A DNA stretch of 64,000 nucleotides from Octopus bimaculoides. Its lineage: Eukaryota. Under the pieces are notes generated by a model. The model made no database searches. It saw only the letters and a program-made list of their open reading frames with translations, and was not told the origin of the DNA. Each line of letters begins with the position of its first letter. Within the stretch, counting starts at the first letter, position 1. Positions 40,040 through 51,263 of this stretch are shown piece by piece. Made by a program: the position numbers and the translations under genes. Location of the stretch: contig NC_068985.1 in the NCBI RefSeq assembly GCF_001194135.2, positions 92,660,375 through 92,724,374 on the forward strand, in the 5' to 3' direction.

Positions 40040-40225
40040 GACTGTATGTCGTTGCTTGAGCTAAATATCAGTCAGATGTTCTTGAAATTACCTGCTCCCT
40101 TCTTATATAAAGAAGGATACATTGGAAAATATAGTTCTTGATATACAAAAAGACAGAATGCTGATGGCTAGGACACCTTTGATCTTATATTTTCTAAGCC
40201 AGGGCTCAGCTAGAGCTAAAGATAA
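40040..40225 (+). mobile_element. Degenerate family F repeat
   Basis: AAGAAGGATACATTGG...GGCTAGGACACCTTTGATC...CAGGGCT...GCTAAA. Confidence 0.55.
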
Positions 40226-40898
40226 ACATCTTTGAATTGATTGTATATAAATATACATTATTGACCATTCTCACACAAAATTGAATTCATAATAGATTTT
40301 TCTTTTAACCCATGTAACAATCATCCACCTGAGAGCTGCCCATATTAAAGTGCTTGTATTTAAATTAGAATCTCTATGAAAACCTCTGCACTCTATAAAT
40401 AATATCACAATATTCAATTAATACAAGCATTGTATACTAATACATATTAAGCCTAAGAAATGGCCTTTCTGTAATTACCAGACCTGTTACAAATAGTCAT
40501 CAAATATCCCTCACAATAATTCCCTACTATTTTGAATAAAGAAGGGACATTAAATAAGGATAATGTAGCTTATAACTGGAATACTTTTGATTATAAGCCT
40601 TTCTGACAAAATATAAAATTATGAGACAGCTGTATGTATATTTGGGAGTAAATTTAATTATAAAAAAATTGGCAATTAGGTTAATCCTTATTCTGTAAAA
40701 CTGATTAATTTAAATAACATTTAATTTGAATTATCTGATTCTATCAGTGGTAATTTCAGAAATCTTGACCTCAGTACATAAACCCTTGATGCTCTGTAAT
40801 GGGTAATTAAGCTCTTAGAGATAATTTTCGTAAATATAAGATTTGGTTTTTATCACTTTCTCTTAACTGAAGCATTTTCAAATCCTATAAATCCTTTT

Positions 40899-41033
40899 AG
40901 TGGTTGGCCTTAAGAAGGGCATCCAGCTATAGAAACTCCGCCAAATCTGATTGGAGTCTGGTCTAGTCATCCAGTTCACCAGTCCTCAGTCAAATCGTCC
41001 AACCCATGCTAGCATGGAAGGCGGGATTTAAAC
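40899..41033 (+). mobile_element. Family D repeat (RTE-type tail)
   Basis: AGTGGTTGG...AAGGGCATCCAGCTATAGAAAC...GTCCAACCCATGCTAGCATGG. Confidence 0.88.
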
Positions 41034-41786
41034 TTAGTTATTACTATCTATCATATATCTTGCATCTTTGTATCTGAGTGCATGCACACACACAGTACAA
41101 AATGCAAGCATAATGCCCTGATGTTTATTCACCATTTTATATATGTTGTCCCTCCAAAAACTGATAGTTTAAACTATGGTCTAAATTTATAAATTACTTA
41201 AACTAAAAGAAAATCATGCCGTACCAAAAAAAGAAAATAGTTTTCCAATTTAGCAACCCAAATATCTACAATACAGTTTGCATTGCTTATGAAGGCCTCC
41301 TACTACATTCCTTAAGTGATCCATATGTTTTTAAAAGACTGCCAATCTCATTTAGTTTTTCATTATGCATTTAGAACGCACCACTTGAAAAATCTTTGTT
41401 TTGCATAATCTTCTCGAAATTGTACAATTTGCAGGTGTTGTCACACAATCTTCCATTAGTTTGTGATGGATATTTGAAAAATATCCATTAGTAATAGATT
41501 TTATCAAATTATGTTGTTCTGCTTTCAACAGAGCTACTTGTCTTTATGGACCAATATTTTCATTTAGTTGAATGTTTTATCTGAAAATTGACAGATGTGT
41601 GTAGAACACTGGTTTATTGAATGGACTAATGTGGCCAATGTCTAAATGTACAACACTTGATAAACTGTTTGGTGACCTTTTCTAATTGCATTGCCATATG
41701 TGATGGAAATATTCATTTGGGGACACTTTATGTAGTGAAAAGCTCTAAGGCAATAACTACGTGATTTTTTATTATCCAGTTAATCT

Positions 41787-41920
41787 TGAGGCAATGATAG
41801 TATGATGGCTAATGCAAATGAAATTTGAACAATGATAATATGAATGCAAATGAAGGCTGAGGCACTGACAATGAGTGCAAATGAAGGCTGAGGTAATGAT
41901 ATTGCCAATGCAAATGAAAA
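41787..41920. repeat. Minisatellite of about 32 bp carrying octamer motifs
   Basis: ATGCAAAT at 41812, 41844 and 41908; GTGCAAAT at 41875. Confidence 0.8.
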
Positions 41921-42187
41921 TAGCTAAACACTTCCTGTAACTAGAAAAGGAGGGGATTAAACAGGTCTTACAGTCAGAAATATGGTGTAAAGAAGTCAAC
42001 ACAATTGCTAACAGAAAAGAAAGAAATTAGCTAATGAGAGAGCCTCTGTGTATTCGTTCCACCTGCAAGAATTAATAACGAAATAGCCAAGCCAGGTGAT
42101 CTGACAGAAAGAAGAATATATTGAATCATGTACCCTTTGATATTGTAAAGAAATATGATGGTTGTGGCTGGAATGCCTTTCATTATA

Positions 42188-42314
42188 CTGGGTGTCCACA
42201 AAGTCTGGGTACATGGGGATTAACACATACTTTAAAGAATTATTATTTCTTATATTTAATTGTTTGTGTCATCATTTTATTCACTCCATGTACCCAGACT
42301 TTGTGGACACCCTG
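42188..42314. mobile_element. Tc1/mariner-type MITE, 127 bp, nested in a family F repeat
   Basis: 29-bp TIRs (42188-42216 / 42286-42314, 1 mismatch); TA TSD at 42186-42187 and 42315-42316. Confidence 0.93.
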
Positions 42315-44447
42315 TAGGTTTGTGCAGTCAGGGGTTAGCTGCAGTTAAACGTCAACAATAACAATAAAGGTAAAAAAAAATTCTTAAAAAAGAGTTATCT
42401 ATTTGCTTAACAAGAAACTTATGAACTAATTCTATCCTTCAAGATAATATAACACACGTCTGTGTTTCAAAAATTTCTTTTAAAAATCAGTTTAAATTAT
42501 TGGCAAAAATCATTAGAAGTTACTGGATTCAAACAACTGCTTAAGAAGTTTATTACAGCAAAAGATCTGAAAATGGAGAATCTTGTCATGATTAAATGGT
42601 TTATGTTAGGAAAACTATTAGTCTGCTCCAATATGTCATGCAAATATGTTAGTAGCAGTTATCCAGCTTATTGCAGTATGGAAAATAGATGATAAAAAGC
42701 TTCAACACAAGAGTAAAACATTGTTAATTTCTTCTAGGGACGTTAATATTCACAATATGATGATTATTGGTTTCCCGTGAAAAAAAACAAAAAAAAACGG
42801 AAAATTGAATTCTTATACAATTTGTAATCTTGGAAAACAAGCATTTAAAATTTTTTTTTTTTAATAAAACTAATTTTTTATAGGAAGTGGTTAAAAATGA
42901 CCTATAGTCAGTGATTTTGTTCAGTTTAGATCTGCCATTATCAATGATTCACATTGTGAATAATTTCTTCATATATCCTTTCAAAATGCGTGTTTTTATA
43001 TCATTTAAAATCAATATTATGAAAATTACCTTTATGAAATCTTGTTCTGGAGATAAGTGTGGAAATGACAGCTATCTTTATTTTAATGAGTACAGCTGGA
43101 CTAGTAAAAGTTATTGGAAATGTCATTGGAGGTTAACTTTGAGCAGAAGCCAAAATAAATAGGCATTGTGTAGTGTTCTCAAATTCTAGGCTCGAATGAT
43201 TGCTACCTAGAAAATTATGTTTAAGGAGTTATATGTGCAAAATTAGCATACACCTACTTAAGTGTCGAATCACATACTTATTGGAAGAAAATGAACAAAT
43301 ATTCTAAATTTTATGTAAATAGAATTAGATATCTGTGTGTTTCTTTGTTAAGAGGAGAGATTAGATATTGCTGAATAAACATTGGTATCTTTTGTGTAGA
43401 TAACAAGCATAAATGTTTTGTTTGATGATTACTTCAAATGTAACTCATCAACATTGCTTTACATTCATTATACTTTATTAATCATTTCAAAGTTATTAGA
43501 GACGAGGTAAAGACAGAGATTTCATATTTTAGTGTTATGTACTTCAGTGATCTGTATTCAAATCCTGTCTTCTTCTTTCTTTTAGTCAATCAGTTGAGGA
43601 TATGCAGTGAAACATGTCTGTCGTGCATCATTTCAGACTAGTGAAATTGATGCAGTTGGTGTTCAGTTTGAATGTCTAAGATGAAAAATGCAAATGTCAG
43701 GAATTTTAGGTTTTGTTTTTCAAGGGGTAGAATTTAGGAAGTGATTAGTTTAGGATCTTGGGTAGAAAACATTGAGATGATGAGAGAAAAAGATGGAGAT
43801 ATATTGAGTGAACCTCAAGAAGTGATGCAAGTGGCTGGTCCAGAGGAGCATAGGCTAATCTAGAAATTGCATTTGTACTGTTAAAGGAGAGTAGGCTGTG
43901 ATGTTAACATTATTTTAGGCTATATGTCAGCAAAATCAATCGATTTTAGTCAGTTATATGGATCAGTTCATTTAACCACTGGTTGAAAACATCTTTATTT
44001 TAAATTCTTTTGCAATTGTGTTTAACCACTAAATCTTGGAGCCGTTTAAGATTTGCTAGAATCTGCTTCATTGCCAACATTCACTGACATGTTGCTAAGG
44101 TCCGGTACCTTTAGTGATGTAGTAACACTCCTTCCTCATCCATAGTTGTAGTTTCAGAGTTATATATGTGCAATTGCGCTATCAATTTTGTTTGTATCGT
44201 TTTTGTTATGTTACACATGCAAATGGTAGTGTGAGTATTCATTTAAGCCATTTCAGCTTTTAGCAACTGGAATTTTACTACTCACTGTGTGCATGGATTA
44301 GAAAATATGATCTAATATTCATTTTGGTTTCTTTAGAATTGCCTGGAAGGATTGTGTCAATCCAAACTAGCATATCCATGGTACTTATTTCAACAACACT
44401 AGAACAAAACTAGTAGAGAACTGAAGATATTGAACGGGAAGATCAAC

Positions 44448-44588
44448 ATCATCATCATCATCGTTTTACGTCTACTTTCCATGCTGGCATGGGTTGGACG
44501 GTTTGACTAAGGACTGGTGAGCCAGAGGCTGCACCGGACTCAATCAGATCTGGCAGCGTTTCTAATGCTGGATGCTCTTCCTAACACC
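44448..44588 (-). mobile_element. Family D repeat (RTE-type tail)
   Basis: (CAT)n followed by TTTCCATGCTGGCATGGGTTGGACGGTTTGAC. Confidence 0.9.
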
Positions 44589-46118
44589 TGAAAGAAAATT
44601 AAACAGTGCTATTTTTTTCTTTCATTTCTTTGAATTAACATTTAAATACTTCAGAAATTCTAAATATTATACTTAAATATACTTGTGGTTTTTGTAAATC
44701 GAATTTTATAGAAGTTCTACAACACATATATTTTCTTTTTAGAGACTTTGAATAATGATTACAAAGTATTATAGAAAGTTTGTTTAAAAGGAGTAATGGA
44801 GAGATTTGCAATTTGTCATTGGTATTTAATCCACATTTGACTTATTACTTGCATGCATGTTATGACTATCAATTATATTCAACTGCAATTCTCTAAATCT
44901 ATTAAATACTAATATATTCTTGGTTTCAATTTCAAACTCACACAATGAACTAATGAACACTGTGTGCATATGATGAATAGTATATGCACAGAAAGACCTG
45001 CATTATTAATTCATTAAAAAATGTTTAATTCATAGATTTATAGCTTTCTTTTATAATCATCATCACCATCCAAGCATAAAGTATGCGTATATTTAACCTA
45101 TTTAAATCAAGAACAACCACAATATATTCTATAATAAAATCCTTAGAAATAACTTAGTTCATTGCTATTTCTTGTTTTATAAATTTAGATTCCAATTTCT
45201 ATTAGTTTTTCTAATTGACATACAATTAAAATAATTATGTATTGTATCCATTCTAAATGCTGCCAATAACAGTGATGCAGACACTTTTTCTCTCTAGAAT
45301 AATTTGCATCTTAAATATTACGCTTATAATTCTAAAGATACTTCCATGTGAAATATATAATTCATTTACAATTTTACATTACTTTATATTGGCTTTTTAT
45401 GATAAATTTTCAGTATCTGATAAGTAGTTAGCTATCATGTCTTCAGGGATGGTTCATTGTTAATGCCTTTAGGTATTGTTTGGCAGGAGTTGACAAATTA
45501 CCAATATTTTTGTCTATTTTTCCCATTAGTAGAACTTTAAAAAATTGCAAAAATATTTAGACTTACTGGTTTTAAAAGCCAATTCATAATTGCTTTCAAA
45601 TGAATCTCTGTAATTAACATCCTGTATATTGTTCTGTCTTCTACTCCCCAAGTGCTGTTGGTTTTATAATATTTATTGCAGAATCAGTAGTGTGTCACAT
45701 AATACTTTCAGGTTACAGGTTTTCAGAACCTGAGTTTAAATTTCACACAAATACATTGCTGTCATTTCATTTCTGTAAAATATGTTATTCCTGTTTTGGA
45801 GGCTTCAAAGAGCTGGCCTGGTAGAATGTGTCAGGACATTATCGAGCTTTTAAAATCAATCCACAAACAGCAAATGGATCCTTTGTGTTCAAAGCATGAC
45901 TATTTAAACTTAGATGATTGTCTCAGTCAGTGGACTTATCTACTAACTGACCATGAATACACTTAATACTATTTGCTCCCTCATATTCAGTCTAGTTGCA
46001 CTAATCATTGTTAGTCTACCTGCTAAGGTCTCAAAGACTATTTGATTGTCTTGGTTCTTTGGATGCAGCATGTCTGGGGCACCAAACCCTCCACAAACTA
46101 GATAATGTTGCAGTTCTC

Positions 46119-46492
46119 TTCCCTTTCTTCAAAAGGAGCGTGATACATGTTCTTGCAGTAACTACTGGGGTATTACTGTGATAGACATTGTGACCAAAAT
46201 ATTCACTTGCATTCTTGCTCTGGAGATTTCAACATGGTTTATGTATACTACCAATTCAGTGTAGGTTTTGTTAGGATCAAGGCTGTGTAGATGAAATTTT
46301 CTCTTTGAGGAGGATTCTGGAACAACAGTGGAATTACTAGCAGTGAATTATTCCATGCTCTGTGAACTTCACAGCAGGCTTTTATTCTGCTGAATACAGC
46401 ATGCCCTGGGATTTTATGATGACAGATTGACTACCTAGGAAACTGCGGAATGCCATTAGTGGACACTGCAGCTCCACATGGGCAAAGGTAAG
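46119..46492 (+). pseudogene. Decayed RTE-clade LINE reverse transcriptase fragment
   Basis: GITVIDIVTKIFTCIL; QCRFC*DQGCVDEIFSLRRILEQQWNY; VNFTAGF, across frameshifts and stops; matches the NYRGI / QxGFR..GCxDQIFxLR / DFxxAFD motif series. Confidence 0.85.
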
Positions 46493-47182
46493 TCATGTCA
46501 AGGAAAGTGAGTCATTAAAGCTGTTTGTTTAGGTGCCTGTCAGGGCTGTGTTCTCTCTCTTTTTCATTTCAACTTCATCATTGACTGAAATACAGTACAT
46601 TGTTTGGCAGATTTCCATTGCCACTCTGAAATGAGAGTTTACTGTCACTGGCCTGCTCAAATATATGAGCATATGATCCTATTTCTCAATGCATAAATTA
46701 CTGCCACTGCCAAATTTGTACCTTATTTTGCAATTACTTATGCTAGTTCCTAAGTTTAAATGAATCCATTGTATATTTAATATTCTAACTGAAGTGAAAA
46801 GCTTTGGAAATAGTTTTTTTTTTTAGTTTTAACTCTGTTTATCAAACTGAAACAAAAGTAGGTGAATCAGATTAAATTAAAAAGGAACAAGAAAGTGATG
46901 ACAGGAATAGAAGTAACTGAACTTGTTTACCCTGATGGTTGGTTTATCTCTTTCATTTATCATTTTTAAGTGTTTAACATTGCTGGTTTAGTGAATCATC
47001 ATTAAGAACCTAGAGTGTAAAATTTTGTATTTCTTGGAACAAAAATTCACTACATGTATTGGCTGTTGCTATGCCTTATTTCTTCACAACATGTGCTATT
47101 CCATAATTATGAAGAGGATTCACGCCAGCAACTACTGTTATCTTTATTTTGGCTGAAAAATCAATTGTGCATACACTTGAAG

Positions 47183-47264
47183 ATACAGATTGTGCATCTA
47201 AACACTATCTCTTGTGGTAATTATACAGATTGTGCATCTAAACACTATCTCTTGTGGTAATTAT
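47183..47264. repeat. Perfect 40-bp tandem duplication
   Basis: ATACAGATTGTGCATCTAAACACTATCTCTTGTGGTAATT twice. Confidence 0.97.
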
Positions 47265-48721
47265 TCTGTTAATGGTCACTAATGTGAAATAATGGCTTAA
47301 GTTGGACAATTTCTACAACATACCTTTTTTTCTGATTCAATACACTTTTAGATTATCAGTATAGCAGATATCCAATTAACACATTTGTGTTCTTCAACGA
47401 TTGAAACTGGTTACTTGCTAGCTGCTCTTCTCCCAGTTTTATTTAATAAATATTAACAATTTCATTTAGCTGTTTGCTCAAATAACTCTTAATTAATGTG
47501 GCTGGAAATTTGATTGTTGATTAATGAAGAATCATAGACAGAATAAAATATTTCCAAGTTAAACATAATATTCACAGCAAAGAAGGCATATAAAAGGTGA
47601 GAAAATATGTTATAAAATTTGTTAGGTTCATGAATATTGGGAAAAAGTTTCAACTTTCAGAAGAATATTCTTTTGGAATGGTTTATTGTGTTAGATTTAT
47701 AGTTGCCTATAAAAATACAGTCAACAGTAACAATCTTAAAGCAGCCGAAGTTTTATTTATTTATGATTTTTTTTATGTTATTAGATTTAATATTAAAAAT
47801 AGAATAAAGTTGTTAAAAAGTGAGTGGAAAATAATTTATCTGTCAAACAGATTGAAGCAGAATGGAAGATAGATACATTTGATTGTTGAAATTTTCAACT
47901 GAATGACATCTAATAAGTTGTCATAGTGAGTTTTAGTGGATGCATTTAGTGAGAGTAAAGTGACAGTTAAAACTATTTTCTTGAGAAAATTCTGAATAAA
48001 CACTAGAATTACTAAGAAATAAATGATACATCTATGGCATAATGTGGCCAATTCTTTTTCTTCCTTTTTTATTTATATGAATACAAAACTGTAAAATGTA
48101 CAATGAAATAAACTGTTTTCTTTTAAAATTCTGCAAGAAAATGAATAAAAAATATATATACAATAATTCAAAAAGTAAGTTATACTGTTTTGTGATGTCA
48201 AAATGAAAATATCTATACAAAGCTTTACAAAATAACTATTTACAAATTTGCAATTGTAAACAGTTAGGTTGTAACTTAAAAGATTATTTGTGTTATATTA
48301 TGTGTGGATTATAAGAAGCAAGAATGCAATATATCTTACTAAATATAATACTAACAGTTAAACATATTCTAACATAAAGAAGAGTTTTCAGATGAAATCT
48401 ATTGCTTATAAGAGGGTTTCTGTTGTGGATAATAGTTGTATTGCCAAGACTAATTAACAATTTAATTCTCCATTTACTTTTCAATTTATCTTACTTGACT
48501 GGATATAATTCAAACATAAGTGATCATTCTTTAAAAATGCATTATGGCCATTTTATAGAATATATTATTCAAAGAAATCTGGTTGATAATAGGAGTATGA
48601 AAGCCAAAATATACAAGTAAGTCATTGGCTCAGCCATATATGCAACCTTTTAGTTGCAGGCTTTCAGATACATTAGCATTAGTATTGAGAGGGTAAAAGA
48701 TTTTGTATGTGTGTGTATATA

Positions 48722-48727
48722 TGCACA

Positions 48728-48810
<83 letters not shown>

Positions 48811-48826
48811 ACACTCACACACACAG
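48722..48826. repeat. (CA)n microsatellite
   Basis: Direct reading. Confidence 0.97.
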
Positions 48827-48898
48827 ACACAGAGGATGAGGAGCTGTGCCTATAATACAATATAAAACTTTTGTGAAAATGTGAGAAAGTTACCTTCA

Positions 48899-49010
48899 GA
48901 CTGGTGACCTGATCGGCCAAAATGTTGTGTTAACAACAAACAAGATGAGGACAGATATCTGTCAAATGTAAATGATGTACATAATTCCTTATCTCTTAAA
49001 TAGAGAACTG
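48899..49010 (+). mobile_element. 5'-truncated copy of the hammerhead-bearing repeat
   Basis: Homologous to 49223-49303 at an offset of 324 bp; lacks CTGATGA. Confidence 0.75.
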
Positions 49011-49160
49011 AAGAATTGATTCATCTTATTGTTTTGAATCTATGTAATCTACTGAGTTTGTGAAAATAGCTAACTACTTAAAAATTACAGCTTTGTATTT
49101 ACTTCCCTCCAAATTAGTCATTTGTTGTGTGATTTTTCTGACAATAATAATAATAATAAT

Positions 49161-49308
49161 ATCGAAAAATACCTTAAGAATGAAAACCCAAGTTCAGAAA
49201 TTTCCCCAAGACACCTGATGAAGGCTGGAGGATATATCAGCCGAAACGTTGTGGTAACATTAGACAAGATGAGGACAAATATCCGTCAAATGTAAATAAT
49301 GTAAATAA
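49161..49308 (+). mobile_element. Penelope-pLTR/retrozyme-like repeat containing a hammerhead motif
   Basis: Follows (AAT)n; ends in TGTAAATAA x2; contains the motif at 49210-49255. Confidence 0.7.
49210..49255 (+). ncRNA. Minimal type I hammerhead ribozyme motif
   Basis: GACAC / CTGATGA / extra A / GGCTG-10nt-CAGCC / GAAA / CGTT / GTGGT. Confidence 0.75.
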
Positions 49309-49768
49309 GGAATCATTTCTTGTAAAACTCGTTTGGTAAACAACTGGCATTCAGTTGCTTGGCATATTCATCACATGCACCCACCCCTACCTTTTTTTTT
49401 TTTTGTTTTGTTTTGATTCGTTTCATCTTTGTTTTTGCTTTCTATATGAAATAGATTCTGTCCAGGTTTTGAACAGAAATACAACCGAACACCAAACTAA
49501 AATATGAATTTTTATTTCGTCATCAGCTACTTGGTCATTGTGGCTCTCTTGTTTTGAAAGGCAACATGTCACATTGGAAAATTAAGGCTTATTTCTGAAA
49601 TTGCTTTTAGCCGTATTAGGTGTTTAAATTGTCTTAATTTCAGAACCAGTTTACTTTCTCTTCTTCAATGATTATTTGTCTTGGTTTTGATTATGAATTA
49701 ACCAACATCAAAATGTGTAAACAATAGACTTGCTGATGACAGAGTTATGAGGACCCTGTTACTTAACA

Positions 49769-49777
49769 CTGTGTGTG

Positions 49778-49818
<41 letters not shown>
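49769..49818. repeat. (TG)n microsatellite
   Basis: Direct reading. Confidence 0.97.
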
Positions 49819-49820
<2 letters not shown>

Positions 49821-50905
49821 CACATGATTTGTTTTAAGAACTTGTGAAGTAATCTAATCATATCTAACAGGAAATAAGATATGGAAATAAAACTTGTGTA
49901 TATTATCGTTGTTGGTTTGTGAGGATGAAAGAAGGATGAATATACAGGCTTTAATGACCATGTCAACATAGAATCATTTATGCAGAGAGGAGATTTTAGA
50001 ATGGCTGTAATTAGAACAGGTAACTATGAGGGATGTGTGTGTGTGTGTGTGTGTGTGTGTTGAAATGGATTTATAGATATGAGCAACTGTGTCAAAAGTA
50101 AGTAAATACCATGCAACTTTGACAGTATGAACTGCTGAGAACAATCTCACCCATCAGTAGTACTATAGTATCCATCAGTAACTCAGAGGCTGTTGTTCAG
50201 ATTCCCAGCAATAGTTACAGTTTATTCTATCAACAATGACATATGCTGCCATTTCTGTGAATCTGGTATTCATATCTACTGGTCATAAATATTGAAATTT
50301 TTAACATTATGAAGTAACAAATAACTCGGGTACTTTAAATGTAGGTGGTCAAAAAAAAAAATGCCACTTAGGGTGAAAATTTATGCAGATGAAAATTATA
50401 CCCAACTCTTGCCACAGTAAACATCACTATTTTATGATAAAGTAATCATTCTAATATAAAAGCAAATGTCTACTAATGTAATTTAAGGCTGTAGAATTTA
50501 TATATTATCATGGGTCTTACATCCATCTTTTATTGCTGGCATGGATGGTTGGTCAGAAATACATCAAGCCTTTGTCTAAGCCTATTATGACTGAATACCC
50601 TTTGTATTATGAATTATTTTGACAGCAGATGAGAGGCAGCCTTCCAAGATTTGTAGTCTTCTTTACTCTTATCAGTTTTATTTTAGTGTGACCACTCCAT
50701 TAGATTGTTCTTGTTCATAATAGCATAAAAAGCCGTGGTTGATGCTGGGAGGTAAGCAAAGAAATACAAAGTGAAAGATAGAATATGGTTTTAATATAGA
50801 TATGCTGAATAATGAGAGCTATCTGTCATTGACACTAGCAACATTTGATATTGGCTTGTAATTTAGTATATTGATTGAGGGAACAGATTTTAGTGAGGAT
50901 GTATA

Positions 50906-51263
50906 TCAACCAATTTCTGCATTAAATACAGTTGAATGTTATGAAGATAAGCATAATGAGCATCTGTTCATATAATTCATTCTGAAAACTGCTTGTGGCT
51001 GTTGTTGCAGCAAACACTAGGAGAGGAAGCATTTAAAATCTTTCTCATTCTCTGCATATTATTTTGAGAAATGAGAATTTTTTTGCCTACATTTCACCTA
51101 AACAAATCTGTTTTATGTCAGACATTATTAATAGTTTTATTATAATCTATGCCCCAATAGTCGACCAACTTTTGCATTAAATACAGCCGAATGATCTGAA
51201 GATAAGTTGGACGAGTATGGTTTATTCTGAAAACTACCTGTTACTGTTGGTGTATTTCACTAG
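50906..51263. repeat. Diverged direct repeat pair (50906-51020 and 51161-51263)
   Basis: Shared TGCATTAAATACAG, TGAAGATAAG, ATTCTGAAAACT and CACTAG blocks in the same order. Confidence 0.8.

Noticed and set aside
43594-43623. Second hammerhead-like string TTGAGGA...GAAACATGTC
   Set aside because: C3 is mutated, only 8 nt lie where stem II should be, and stem I does not pair; at most a dead remnant
44586-44605. Minus-strand acceptor ttttctttcag abutting a family D copy (possible exonisation)
   Set aside because: No matching donor found; the junction could be chance
49515-49526. Minus-strand CTGATGA-CGAAA near the ribozyme
   Set aside because: No stem II between the boxes and no stem I/III pairing
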